Below are positions 25,623-34,462 of a stretch of DNA of 64,000 nt, one piece after another. Positions within the stretch are counted from its first letter, which is position 1. The number at the start of each line of letters is the position of its first letter. Under the pieces are notes generated by a model. That model did not search any database, was not told the origin of the DNA, and saw nothing but the letters and a program-made list of their open reading frames with translations. The translations under genes and the position numbers were made by a program. Source of the stretch: Methylovirgula sp. (lineage in GTDB: Bacteria; Pseudomonadota; Alphaproteobacteria; Rhizobiales; Beijerinckiaceae); assembly GCA_052144065.1 (NCBI GenBank), contig JBKQRA010000144.1, positions 2,488-66,487 of the forward strand. The letters run 5' to 3'.

Positions 25623-26705
25623 ATGGGCGAGCCCTGGTTACGGTCGACCGCAATTCTTTGGACGGCGCTTTTGTCGTTCTTTTCGCCAAACTCCGGCGCG
25701 AGCGCCGAAGGCTATAAAATTTCGCAGCCGCTGACGCATGACAATTTGACCCTCTATCTCGTGCATGGACGATCGGCACCGGGTCCCGTGCCGATGACCT
25801 TGGAAGAGGCGCTGACGCGTCAAAGCGTGCGGGTCGCCGAGATCGGCAGCGTCAATGCGCTGGCCGTCGAGAATTTTGGCGACCGCGAGGTCTTCATCCA
25901 GTCGGGCGATATCGTCACCGGCGGCAAGCAGGATCGCGTCTTCGTGTCGAGCCTGGTGCTGCCGCCGCATTCCGGCCGGCAGATACTCGCCGTTTTCTGC
26001 GTCGAGCCCGGCCGCTGGACCGCGCGGCAAGGCACGCAGGACGGGCATTTCGTGGCAGCCGCCGCGGCGATGCCGTCGCCGCAGGCACGCACCATTCTCT
26101 ATGAAGCGGTTGCGGCACCGCCCGTCACGGATTCGCCAGTCCCCGATGCGCCGTCCGGCGCCAGCCTGCAGCAGCGCATGTGGGCGCAGACCGCCGAGGT
26201 ACAAAGCAAGCTCAGCCGGCAATTGCAGGGAAGCGCCGCGGATCCCGCGTCGCCGACAAGTCTCGCCCTGTCGCTCGATCTCGAGAAGCTGAAGGTCGCG
26301 CAAAAATCCTTCGTCGATGCGCTCGCCCCGCATGGCCTGCGCGACAGCGACGTCGTCGGCTATGTGATCGCGGTGAACGGCAAAGTGAGCAAGGCCGAGA
26401 TCTATGCCTCGAACGCGCTGTTCCGGGCGATGTGGATGAAGCAATTGCGGGCCGGCGCGGCCGAGGCCATTCAGGCCAAGACGTCCGACAAGACGTCCGA
26501 CAAGACTTCGGAAAAGGCAGCGCCGCCGTCCTCCGCCGCTGTCGAGAAGCTCCTGGATCTCGGCAGCTTCGGCAAGCCGATCGAAAAGCCTCTGAGCGTC
26601 TCCGGAACTGAGATCATCCGCGAAGCGCCGAGAATGGTCTTTGTCGAAACGCGCCGCGGCGACGGCAGCTTCGTGCTGCGCAACTATCTTGCAAGGGCGT
26701 CGTGA
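25623..26705 (+). CDS. Secreted ARPP-1 (DUF6569)-like protein
   Basis: CAGGAGGT RBS; signal peptide; NLTLYLVHG, LEEAL...V.EIGSVNALAVEN...FIQSGDIVTGGKQDRV, VFCVEPGRW, QQRMWAQ, VGYVIAVNG...AEIYASNALF. Family recognised from memory. Confidence 0.6.
   Translation: MGEPWLRSTAILWTALLSFFSPNSGASAEGYKISQPLTHDNLTLYLVHGRSAPGPVPMTLEEALTRQSVRVAEIGSVNALAVENFGDREVFIQSGDIVTGGKQDRVFVSSLVLPPHSGRQILAVFCVEPGRWTARQGTQDGHFVAAAAAMPSPQARTILYEAVAAPPVTDSPVPDAPSGASLQQRMWAQTAEVQSKLSRQLQGSAADPASPTSLALSLDLEKLKVAQKSFVDALAPHGLRDSDVVGYVIAVNGKVSKAEIYASNALFRAMWMKQLRAGAAEAIQAKTSDKTSDKTSEKAAPPSSAAVEKLLDLGSFGKPIEKPLSVSGTEIIREAPRMVFVETRRGDGSFVLRNYLARAS
26478..26513 (+). repeat. 12-bp in-frame tandem repeat x3 (KTSD KTSD KTSE)
   Basis: AAGACGTCCGAC AAGACGTCCGAC AAGACTTCGGAA. 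Confidence 0.8.
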
Positions 26706-26731
26706 TCGACGCTGCATATTGAGTGAAGCTG

Positions 26732-26769
26732 GCGGCGGTTTTCCTTCCTTGATTGAAGGAAGCCGCCGC
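26732..26769 (+). terminator. Long stem-loop between the 25623 and 26790 genes
   Basis: GCGGCGG-TT-TTCCTTC loop GAAGGAA-G-CCGCCGC; no U-tract, and it sits just before the next RBS. Confidence 0.4.
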
Positions 26770-26789
26770 GATGATGAGAGGAGGTATCA

Positions 26790-27095
26790 TTGACCGAGAT
26801 CAAGCCGCAGCGGATTGTCCTTCAATGTCCAGGCTGCTTACGGCCGTCCGACAGCATCAAGCGTTTCACGATGCCGGATCTCTTCGTCTTTTTGTGGATT
26901 TTCGCCTGGTGGCGGCGCGCGACCTATAGCCTCTGTCCGAGCTGCATGCGCAAGAAGATCGCGGAGAAGATGGCAATCAACATCATCCCAGCCAATCTCA
27001 TATGGCCGTTCCTGGCGGTCTTCTGGCTGGTGCTGCTCGCGCGCACTTTTCCGAAAGGCCACAGCAAGAGCCTGTTGAAACTGATTTCGCATTGA
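26790..27095 (+). CDS. Small membrane protein with CxxC...CxxC (zinc-ribbon-like)
   Basis: GAGGAGG RBS, TTG start; CPGC and CPSC flank a hydrophobic stretch; C-terminal TM. Confidence 0.65.
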   Translation: MTEIKPQRIVLQCPGCLRPSDSIKRFTMPDLFVFLWIFAWWRRATYSLCPSCMRKKIAEKMAINIIPANLIWPFLAVFWLVLLARTFPKGHSKSLLKLISH

Positions 27096-27217
27096 CCGGC
27101 GCTGGCCAACCGCCGGAGTCGGCGAAATTTCGCGTCTTGCGTCAAAAAATTCTCCCGCGCGTCCGTCTTCGAGCACAGCCGAGCCTTTGCATCGGCTTCT
27201 GCCGGAAGGGGACTTTC

Positions 27218-27604
27218 ATGGCTCAAGCGCTCATCCATTTCGCCGCCGCACTGATCGCGCTGCCGATCTGCGCCTCGGCCCCCGAGTGCCGAGCCGCGCC
27301 CATCGACCCGCTTGTGCTTTCCAGCACAGATGGCCCCGTCGCCGCCGATTATGGTCCAGCCTTGGAAAGCGGGGAACCCATGATCCGGGCTTTGGCAATC
27401 GCAGACGCGCAGCGAGACGATCCCGGCACCTCGGATTTCGCCGCCGCCTGGCGTCTCGGCGTCCTGCTCGATGAGATCGAGCAGGAGATCGCGATGCTTT
27501 GGGATCCAAGGCTTCTCGGCGTGCTGGCCTGGTTCTGTGTCCTCGCCGTGCTGCTGCGGTCGCCCAAATCGGCATCGAGGACCGGAACGGACGAGAGACA
27601 CTGA
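27218..27604 (+). CDS. Hypothetical membrane/secreted protein
   Basis: GAAGGGGA RBS; hydrophobic N- and C-terminal segments. Confidence 0.4.
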   Translation: MAQALIHFAAALIALPICASAPECRAAPIDPLVLSSTDGPVAADYGPALESGEPMIRALAIADAQRDDPGTSDFAAAWRLGVLLDEIEQEIAMLWDPRLLGVLAWFCVLAVLLRSPKSASRTGTDERH

Positions 27605-27636
27605 ACCCTTATTCGAATGCCATGGGAGATCGCGGC

Positions 27637-28341
27637 ATGAAACGCAAAGAGGCCTTGTCCAGATCCAAATCGAGTTTTTGGCTCGAGGGTCCGGTGCCGC
27701 AGCAAAAATCAACCGCGCTTGCGACTGCCGGAGACCGTCAGCGGCCGGCCTCCATCGCGCCTGGATTTCTCGCGCATCACTGGAGTGTGACGGCGGTGAA
27801 CGACTTGAAGAAGAATTGGACGGCGCTCGAAATCATCCGCCGGACACGCTCGGACCTGCTCGCCTGCCTCTGTCGCGAGAGCCTCAATCAGGACGCCGCC
27901 GTGCTGGCGCAATTATCCAGCAAGCCGATATTCGATTTCGTCGAATTCTTTTACGCCATCCATGCGCTCGCCTTGACGGGGCCAGACGACATCATCGTGC
28001 TGCTCGATCTCCACAATGCCCGCGTCGCGGCGCTCGCCAAAGGGCAAATGCCGCCGCAGCGGCTCGCGGGCGCGATCTTTCCGGATAAGGATCTGCTGCG
28101 GCTGGAGGAAATCTGGCGCGATATGCCGGGCGGCTTCGAGCAATCCACCCTGGCGCGCTTCCTGGCGCCCAATATGTCGGAAGAGACGGTCTATATGCTC
28201 GTCATCGCCTGCGAGGCCGCCGGCTTTCTGACGCGGATGGCGACGGTCTGCAATGCGGTGGTCGTCTCCTCGACCGGACTCATGGAAGAGGTGATGACGA
28301 ACTGCCTGCGGGACATGCGTTTCGCAATCAGGGAATTGTGA
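27637..28341 (+). CDS. Conserved-looking hypothetical protein (possible C-terminal winged helix)
   Basis: Globular-looking sequence (FVEFFYAIHA...EQSTLARFLAPNMSEET...CEAAGFLTR...SSTGLMEEV); start uncertain. Confidence 0.55.
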   Translation: MKRKEALSRSKSSFWLEGPVPQQKSTALATAGDRQRPASIAPGFLAHHWSVTAVNDLKKNWTALEIIRRTRSDLLACLCRESLNQDAAVLAQLSSKPIFDFVEFFYAIHALALTGPDDIIVLLDLHNARVAALAKGQMPPQRLAGAIFPDKDLLRLEEIWRDMPGGFEQSTLARFLAPNMSEETVYMLVIACEAAGFLTRMATVCNAVVVSSTGLMEEVMTNCLRDMRFAIREL

Positions 28342-28644
28342 AGCGCGGGCGCGTCGCGTGGGACTTGCTCTCGCTTCGGGTTTCCTTATTGGGGGTCCCG
28401 AGCATGCCGACCACTCTGCCGCACGGTTTCAAAGCCGGTTTTCGCCGCCCAACACGCGAATCCGGGGCGGACTTCATCCGCGTCGCGCTCGGCTTGCTGG
28501 TTTTGCAGCCCTCCGCGCCGTTCGCCCGGGGGCTCGCCGCGATCGCGCTGGTGAACGGCGGCCATATTCCCTTGGTGCTCTTCGACGACATCGGGCTGCA
28601 GCCGCTTTGAGTGGCGTTTGCGGCGAATGTGACGTTTGAATGAA

Positions 28645-28658
28645 ATGATTTAGCGCAA
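28645..28658 (+). promoter_or_regulatory. Degenerate FNR/FixK-type box upstream of the DUF47/PPDK-like operon
   Basis: ATGAT-TTAG-CGCAA versus consensus TTGAT-N4-ATCAA; centred ~65 nt upstream of the alternative GTG start at 28717. Confidence 0.3.
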
Positions 28659-28683
28659 GGCGAGGGGGCTCGCTTTCGGTTGA

Positions 28684-30651
28684 ATGGCACCACCGTCATC
28701 GACCCCGAGTCCGCCCGTGACCGCCAAGATCGAGATTGTTGAAAAACTGGGTGAGCAAGCCTTGCTCCTGCCAAGCCTGCTTGCCGAAGCCCTTGCCGCG
28801 AACGACCGAGTGAAATTGCGCCTGACATTGCTGCAGGAAGCGGCAGCGCATGCCCGCCATCCGGAGGGCGCCGCGCGCGACTTTTCATCGGAACGGCGCG
28901 CTGCCGGTCTTGCGGATGGTCCTTTCGATACGACGGTTGCCGGCGCGAAGCTCCTGTCCGCCGATCAGATCTATGCGCCGAGCGCTGCAGTGCTGCTGAA
29001 AGGCGTCGGCACGGATCTTGACGCCATGCTGGCGCCGCTGAAGGCGGCGACTGTGGAGGCATCGGCTGCTTTGGAGCAGCGTTGCGCGGCCCTCGTCGCG
29101 GCCATGCCCGCTGCGGACAATGACTCTCTCTCGATCCATGATCTCGATGCGATGACGGCGGCACGGCGGGGCGGCGCCGACAGCATCCATCTCTGGGTGA
29201 TGGATGCGCATAAAGCGATCAATCAGCTGGCTGCGGAAACCGCCGCCGAGACGATCGACGGTGCCCGCGTGCACCACGTCACCGATGCGGATCGCGCCTG
29301 CATCAAAGCCTTCATGGCGGGGCTCAACCGAACGGCAGGACTGGCCTTCGGTCATCCGGGCCTCGGCACGACGGCCGTGCGGATGGGCGCGCGGCTCACC
29401 ATCCAAAACGACATCGGCACGACCGACGCGCATGTCCTCGTCGTGCATGTTGAAGACCGCCAGGTCAGTGTCACCTATACGGATGTGCATCGACAGCGCG
29501 CGAAATTCTTCATCGCGCTCTTCGAGGGGCATAATGTCAGCTGGAGCCCGCTCGCCGAGCAATCCCAGGCGATCGGCGAAGAAGAGATGTTTTATCTCGT
29601 TACCGGCCAATTCGCGGCTCAAGACGATGTCGCGCTCATGCGCTTTCTCACCTTTCTCGGCTCGCGCATCGTCTTTCTGATCGATTGGAACAAGGCGCGC
29701 AAAGCCTTGCAGACCTTCATCGGCAAGGAGGCTGCGATCGAGATTTTGAACTGGGCCGCCGTGCACGACTACGGCCATCGCGCTTTCATCGAGCTCGGCG
29801 GCATCGATCTTGTCTTCGAGGCGATCAGGCGCTCGGCAGCCGGACGCATTCCTTATGGGGCACGGCTCGACGACGCGCTGGGCGAGGCGGAGGCCGCGAA
29901 TTTCCTGAAGCTCGTGCTGCGCCAGACCAGCGAAGGCTTGCGCGCCGGGCGCTCGACACGTCTCATCCGCGATGAATTGCAGGCCGATCTGTCGCAGCTC
30001 TTCGATACGGCAGAAGCGGCGGTCCTGACCGTGCTTCTGCGCCATCTCGGCATCACCCGCATGCTCGCGACGGAACTCACCGAAGCTCTAGTCGAAGACC
30101 AATGGGTGGCCGGCGCTGAGCGTGCGCATCTTGCCCGCAACGCCAAGCGCATGGAAGAAAAAGCCGATCGCCTGACGCTTGAAGCGCGCGAGATCTGCGC
30201 CCGCGTGCAGCATAGCGAGCGCTTGCGCCATGTGATCGACGAGGTCGAGAATGCCACCGACATGCTGGACGAAGGCGCCTTCCATCTGAGCCTTGTCCCG
30301 CGCAATGATGGTGTCGCGCACGTCGCCGCTTTGTCGACATTGGCCGATATCCTCATCGAAAGCATTGCCAATCTGATCCGCGCGGTCGAGGCGGCGTCCC
30401 GCCTGCCCGAGGGCCAGCAAGCGGATGCGACGGATGCCTTGCAGGCGATCGATGTTGTGCTTTTGGAGGAGCGGCGCGCCGATGACGCGGAGCGCGAGGC
30501 GATCCGTACCTTCATGGGCGCGCCAGTCGCCGATGCGCGGCCGCTCGTCCTTGGATTGGAAATCGCCCGCGCTTTCGAGACGGCGACCGATCATCTCGCG
30601 CATGCGGCGCTGGCCCTGCGCGATCTCGTTCTCGAGGAATTGTCTGCATGA
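28684..30651 (+). CDS. Large protein with C-terminal DUF47/PhoU-like domain (phosphate transport regulator-like)
   Basis: C-terminal MEEKADRL...DEVENATDMLDE...ERRADDAER...ARAFETATDHLAH helical pattern; ~450-aa unassigned N-terminal region; the start may be GTG 28717. Confidence 0.7.
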   Translation: MAPPSSTPSPPVTAKIEIVEKLGEQALLLPSLLAEALAANDRVKLRLTLLQEAAAHARHPEGAARDFSSERRAAGLADGPFDTTVAGAKLLSADQIYAPSAAVLLKGVGTDLDAMLAPLKAATVEASAALEQRCAALVAAMPAADNDSLSIHDLDAMTAARRGGADSIHLWVMDAHKAINQLAAETAAETIDGARVHHVTDADRACIKAFMAGLNRTAGLAFGHPGLGTTAVRMGARLTIQNDIGTTDAHVLVVHVEDRQVSVTYTDVHRQRAKFFIALFEGHNVSWSPLAEQSQAIGEEEMFYLVTGQFAAQDDVALMRFLTFLGSRIVFLIDWNKARKALQTFIGKEAAIEILNWAAVHDYGHRAFIELGGIDLVFEAIRRSAAGRIPYGARLDDALGEAEAANFLKLVLRQTSEGLRAGRSTRLIRDELQADLSQLFDTAEAAVLTVLLRHLGITRMLATELTEALVEDQWVAGAERAHLARNAKRMEEKADRLTLEAREICARVQHSERLRHVIDEVENATDMLDEGAFHLSLVPRNDGVAHVAALSTLADILIESIANLIRAVEAASRLPEGQQADATDALQAIDVVLLEERRADDAEREAIRTFMGAPVADARPLVLGLEIARAFETATDHLAHAALALRDLVLEELSA

Positions 30652-32255
30652 CATTAACGAGTGATCCGCTTCTGATCGCACGCAATACGAGTTCGCCCAC
30701 GGTTGCGCCGGAGATCGGCGGCTCCAAAGCGGCGCAGCTTTGGCACATGGCGCGGCTCGGCCTCGATGTGCCGCCGGCTTTCGTGTTGCCCACGACGCTC
30801 TGCGCTGCCGTCAATGCCGGCGACAAGGACGCGCTCGATGCCTTACGGCATGGGCTCGGCAAAGGCATCGCCTGGATGGAAGAGGTGACGGGCCTGCGCT
30901 TCGGCGACAGTCGCGCGCCTCTGCTTGTCTCGGTGCGGTCCGGTGCCGCGCTTTCTATGCCCGGCATGCTGGAAACCATTCTCGACGTCGGCTTGAACGA
31001 TCAGACGGTGCGCGGGCTCATGCGCGTGAGCGGCAATCCGCGCCTCGCCTTCGACAGTTTTCGCCGCTTTGTGCAGGGCTATGCCGAGGTCGTGAGCCAA
31101 GTGCCGGGCGTGCAATTCGAGCGGCGGCTCACCGAGATGATGCGGCGCGAGGGCGTCGAGACCGAAATCGAACTCGATCCTGAAGCCTTGGAGCGTTTGA
31201 CGCTCGAATTCCGCGAGCTCGTCCTTCGCTTTACCGGACATCCAATACCGGAGGATCCGCGCGAGCAGCTCAAAGCCGCGGCGATCGCCGTCTATCGATC
31301 CTGGGACAGCGCCAAAGCGCGCGAATATCGCCGCCTCAATCAGCTCGATCACCTAAAAGGCACGGCCGTCACCGTGCAAGCGATGGTCTTCGGCAATTCC
31401 GGCGGCAATTCCGGCGCGGGCGTCGCCTTCAGCCGCAATCCGGCGACGGGCGATAAGGAGCTTTACGTCGATTTCCTCTTCGATGCGCAAGGCGAAGATG
31501 TGGTCTCCGGCCGGCGCACGCCCGGCCATGCCTCGCGGCTCGCGGCGCGTCTTCCCGCGGTCGCAAAGGCACTCGCAGAGGGCGTCCAACGTATCGAAAA
31601 CGAGATGCATGATGCGCAGGATGTCGAGTTCACCGTCTCCGGCGGCAAGCTCTATTTTCTGCAGACGCGCGCGGCAAAGCGCACGCCGCTCGCGGCGCTG
31701 CGCATCGCGGTCGATATGGTTCATGAAGGCATGATTGATCGCAAAACGGCGGTCGCACGGCTCGCCGGGCTTGATGCCGGAAGCCTCGCGATCGCACGTT
31801 TCGAGACGGACGCGCCGGCGATCGCGACCGCCATCTCCGCCGCGCCGGGCGTGGCGAGCGGCCGCATCGCCTTCACGTCGGCACGCGCCAAGGAATTGGC
31901 GGCAAGCGGTTCGCCGGTCATTCTGGTGCGGCCGGAAACATCAACGGAAGATGTCGAGGGATTCGCCATCGCCTCCGGCATATTGACCTCGGTCGGCGGC
32001 CGCACGGCGCATGCGGCGGTGGTGGCGCGGCAGCTTGGCAAGGTCTGTCTTGTCGGCTGCCATGCGCTTGTCATTGATGAGGCCCAGGCGACGGCGAAGA
32101 TCGGCGATGCCGTCATTTGCGACGGCGATTGGCTGTCGCTTGACGGTGATAAAGGAGCGGTGAGCCTGGGCCGGCGTGTCATCGTGACCGCGCCGCCGCC
32201 GCAACTGGCGGAATTTCTGAGTTGGCAAGCCGAGGTGCGACAGATGTCGGCGTGA
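30648..32255 (+). CDS. PPDK-like protein with ATP-grasp and phospho-His domains but no PEP/pyruvate-binding domain
   Basis: PLLVSVRSGA, SMPGML, VQAMVFGN, GVAFSRNPATG, QGEDVVSG, DVEFT...LQTR, GGRTAHAAVVAR; ends ~60 aa after the His motif at 535 aa; ATGA coupled to the upstream gene. Confidence 0.85.
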   Translation: MTLTSDPLLIARNTSSPTVAPEIGGSKAAQLWHMARLGLDVPPAFVLPTTLCAAVNAGDKDALDALRHGLGKGIAWMEEVTGLRFGDSRAPLLVSVRSGAALSMPGMLETILDVGLNDQTVRGLMRVSGNPRLAFDSFRRFVQGYAEVVSQVPGVQFERRLTEMMRREGVETEIELDPEALERLTLEFRELVLRFTGHPIPEDPREQLKAAAIAVYRSWDSAKAREYRRLNQLDHLKGTAVTVQAMVFGNSGGNSGAGVAFSRNPATGDKELYVDFLFDAQGEDVVSGRRTPGHASRLAARLPAVAKALAEGVQRIENEMHDAQDVEFTVSGGKLYFLQTRAAKRTPLAALRIAVDMVHEGMIDRKTAVARLAGLDAGSLAIARFETDAPAIATAISAAPGVASGRIAFTSARAKELAASGSPVILVRPETSTEDVEGFAIASGILTSVGGRTAHAAVVARQLGKVCLVGCHALVIDEAQATAKIGDAVICDGDWLSLDGDKGAVSLGRRVIVTAPPPQLAEFLSWQAEVRQMSA

Positions 32256-32277
32256 ACTCACGTGACCTTTGAGCGTC

Positions 32278-32955
32278 TTAGACTTCCGCCCATTGCCGCA
32301 GCAGATTGTGGTAGATCGAGGTAAGCGACACGAGCGCCGGATTGCCCGGCACAGCGCGGCTGAGCTGCATGATCGAGCCGTCGAGTTCGAACAGCAATGC
32401 GCGCTTGGCGCGATCGCGGATCAGGCTTTGAATCCAGAAGAAGGACGCGAGCCTTGCGCCGCGCGTGACAGGCGTGACGTGATGCAGGCTGTCTGACGGA
32501 TAGACCACGAGATCGCCGGCCGGCAGTTTCACTGTGTGGCTGCCGTAAGTATCCTCCATCGTGAGCTCGCCGCCGTCATAGTCCTCCGGGTTGCAGAGGA
32601 ACAGGGTCGCCGAGACATCCGTGCGGATGCGGATGCCGTTTCCCGTTTGGCGCACAGCATTGTCGACATGCGCGCCGAAGGCCATCTCCGACTCATAGCG
32701 ATTGAAGAGGGGCGGGAAGACGGTGTGCGGTAGCACTGCCGAGAAGAACAGCGGATTGCGGTCGAGCGCCTTGGTGACGATCATCCCCATCATTTGATGC
32801 TCGGGGCTGCCTTCCGCGATCTGCAGATTGTTCTTCACTTGCGCCGATTGGTGGCCGGCGGTGGCACGGCCGTCGACCCATTCGGCGCGGGCCATCATCT
32901 CGCGGCATTGCGCGACTTCTTCAGGCGTCAGCAAATTGGGGATGTGAACGATCAT
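32278..32955 (-). CDS. piuC: Fe(II)/2-oxoglutarate dioxygenase, PKHD-type (PiuC/YbiX)
   Basis: [72 protein letters not shown]. Confidence 0.93.
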   Translation of the reverse strand: MIVHIPNLLTPEEVAQCREMMARAEWVDGRATAGHQSAQVKNNLQIAEGSPEHQMMGMIVTKALDRNPLFFSAVLPHTVFPPLFNRYESEMAFGAHVDNAVRQTGNGIRIRTDVSATLFLCNPEDYDGGELTMEDTYGSHTVKLPAGDLVVYPSDSLHHVTPVTRGARLASFFWIQSLIRDRAKRALLFELDGSIMQLSRAVPGNPALVSLTSIYHNLLRQWAEV

Positions 32956-34250
32956 GAATCGAGTGCGGTTTCGACTGAGGGAGGCATGGGTTCACGCCGC
33001 GATGTTATGGCCGCGATGCGCCTTTGCCGCGCGAGCCAGCTCATCACGCCTGTGACAAAGAAAAGGACCGGCGACAGGCCGCAAAGCATGGAGATGATCG
33101 CCCAGATCAACCCCATGCCCTTATTTTCGTGAATGCGGCGCAGCGTATCCGAAATAACATCGCCGGCGAAAGTCGGGGCATGCGTCACGGCGCTGGTCGT
33201 GTCGTCGACAAGATAAGTCCGTTCATGGCCATCGGTGGCTGTAGCCTCGATCCGCCATGTGTGGCTTACGCGATTGGGGAAAGCGATGGTCAGAAGCTGC
33301 AGCTTTTCATCCTTGGCCGCCGCGGCGACAGCGGCATCCGGATCGAGTTGCGGATGCGCGAGAAGGGCGCTGCGCCGGTCTTCTTGCGGCGTCATCGGCG
33401 CCAGCGCCGCCAGGATCGGCTGCAGCTGCTGGCCAAAGGCCAGATAGATGCCGGTGAAGGCGATCGCCGCCAACGGCAGGGCGACCCAGGCGCCGATATA
33501 TTGATGGAGATTGATGCTGAGCGTCACGCCACGCCGAAATCGCAGCGCCGTCGCGAAAGTGAAGATGCGCGGCCACCAGATGACCAAGCCTGTAACCGCG
33601 AACAGGAACAAAACAATCCCGCCGACGCCCACGATCTGGCGGCCAATCGGACCCTGAAGCAGAAGATTGGTGTGGAAGGTGCGGATGGTCGAAAAAAGTC
33701 CCGACTGTGGATTGGCCAGATCGAGCACAGCGGCTGTCGGCGGATCGAGATAGACTTTGATGAAATTCATCTGCCGGCCGCCGCCGCCGCGCTCTCCTCC
33801 CGCTCTTTGTTCGCCATTTCCTTGTGCGCCACCCTCTTGATCGCCGCCGGCATTTGATCCGCCGTCATGATGATGATGGCGGTGTTGCGGCTCAGCGGCA
33901 TCCGTCTTCGCCGCGGCGGGGTCGGCCAACGCATGCTCGCCGCCGCGGTCGCTCTTGCGCACGAACGCAACGACGGGCGCACCTTTCGTCACGGGGATCT
34001 GCAGGCGCATCACACTGCTGCCTTGTACGACAGCAACCGCGCTCGCCGCATAGGCGGCGAGCGGCTTTGCGACGATATCGCCAGTGACGGCATAGCGCTG
34101 TGGCTCGAGCCGAGCCTCGAATTGATCGGTGAAGACGAGGATCGCTCCGGTCAACGTCACCAGCATCACCACGCCGCCAATCCCGAGACCTAACCATTGA
34201 TGCAGGCTGCGCGCGAAGCGTTTGAATTGAGCGGACGGTCGCTGGGACAA
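32952..34250 (-). CDS. PepSY-associated TM helix domain protein (PiuB-like)
   Basis: SLHQWLGL...[42 protein letters not shown]; TTG 34250 preferred as start (the ORF track gives 34331). Confidence 0.85.
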   Translation of the reverse strand: MSQRPSAQFKRFARSLHQWLGLGIGGVVMLVTLTGAILVFTDQFEARLEPQRYAVTGDIVAKPLAAYAASAVAVVQGSSVMRLQIPVTKGAPVVAFVRKSDRGGEHALADPAAAKTDAAEPQHRHHHHDGGSNAGGDQEGGAQGNGEQRAGGERGGGGRQMNFIKVYLDPPTAAVLDLANPQSGLFSTIRTFHTNLLLQGPIGRQIVGVGGIVLFLFAVTGLVIWWPRIFTFATALRFRRGVTLSINLHQYIGAWVALPLAAIAFTGIYLAFGQQLQPILAALAPMTPQEDRRSALLAHPQLDPDAAVAAAAKDEKLQLLTIAFPNRVSHTWRIEATATDGHERTYLVDDTTSAVTHAPTFAGDVISDTLRRIHENKGMGLIWAIISMLCGLSPVLFFVTGVMSWLARQRRIAAITSRREPMPPSVETALDS

Positions 34251-34331
34251 GTGTTCGGCCTCATATTTCAAAGCGAGAGCGAATTGCGGATCGCGCCTCA
34301 TACAGGCCCAATGCCAGAAAAAGCAAGCCAT

Positions 34332-34462
34332 AGGGTCACGTTTATACTTAGTATATTTACGATTATTGCCACCCTGACGTTTTTAGCTTGCCAGCAAAAG
34401 TTGGTGAGTCATAGAAATAGTAATCATAACAATGGTTTATACGCTTTATAAAGTGGGGGCAT
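34332..34462. promoter_or_regulatory. AT-rich divergent promoter region, possibly iron-regulated
   Basis: AT-rich intergenic DNA between the PepSY and TonB-receptor genes; AATAGTAATCATAAC only loosely resembles a Fur box. Confidence 0.25.

Noticed and set aside
28338-28610. 90-aa ORF overlapping the stop of the 27637 gene
   Set aside because: No recognisable motif or clear RBS; it could be real but cannot be supported.
30648-32255. Annotation as an ordinary pyruvate phosphate dikinase (ppdK)
   Set aside because: The C-terminal PEP/pyruvate-binding barrel is absent, so no gene symbol was given.
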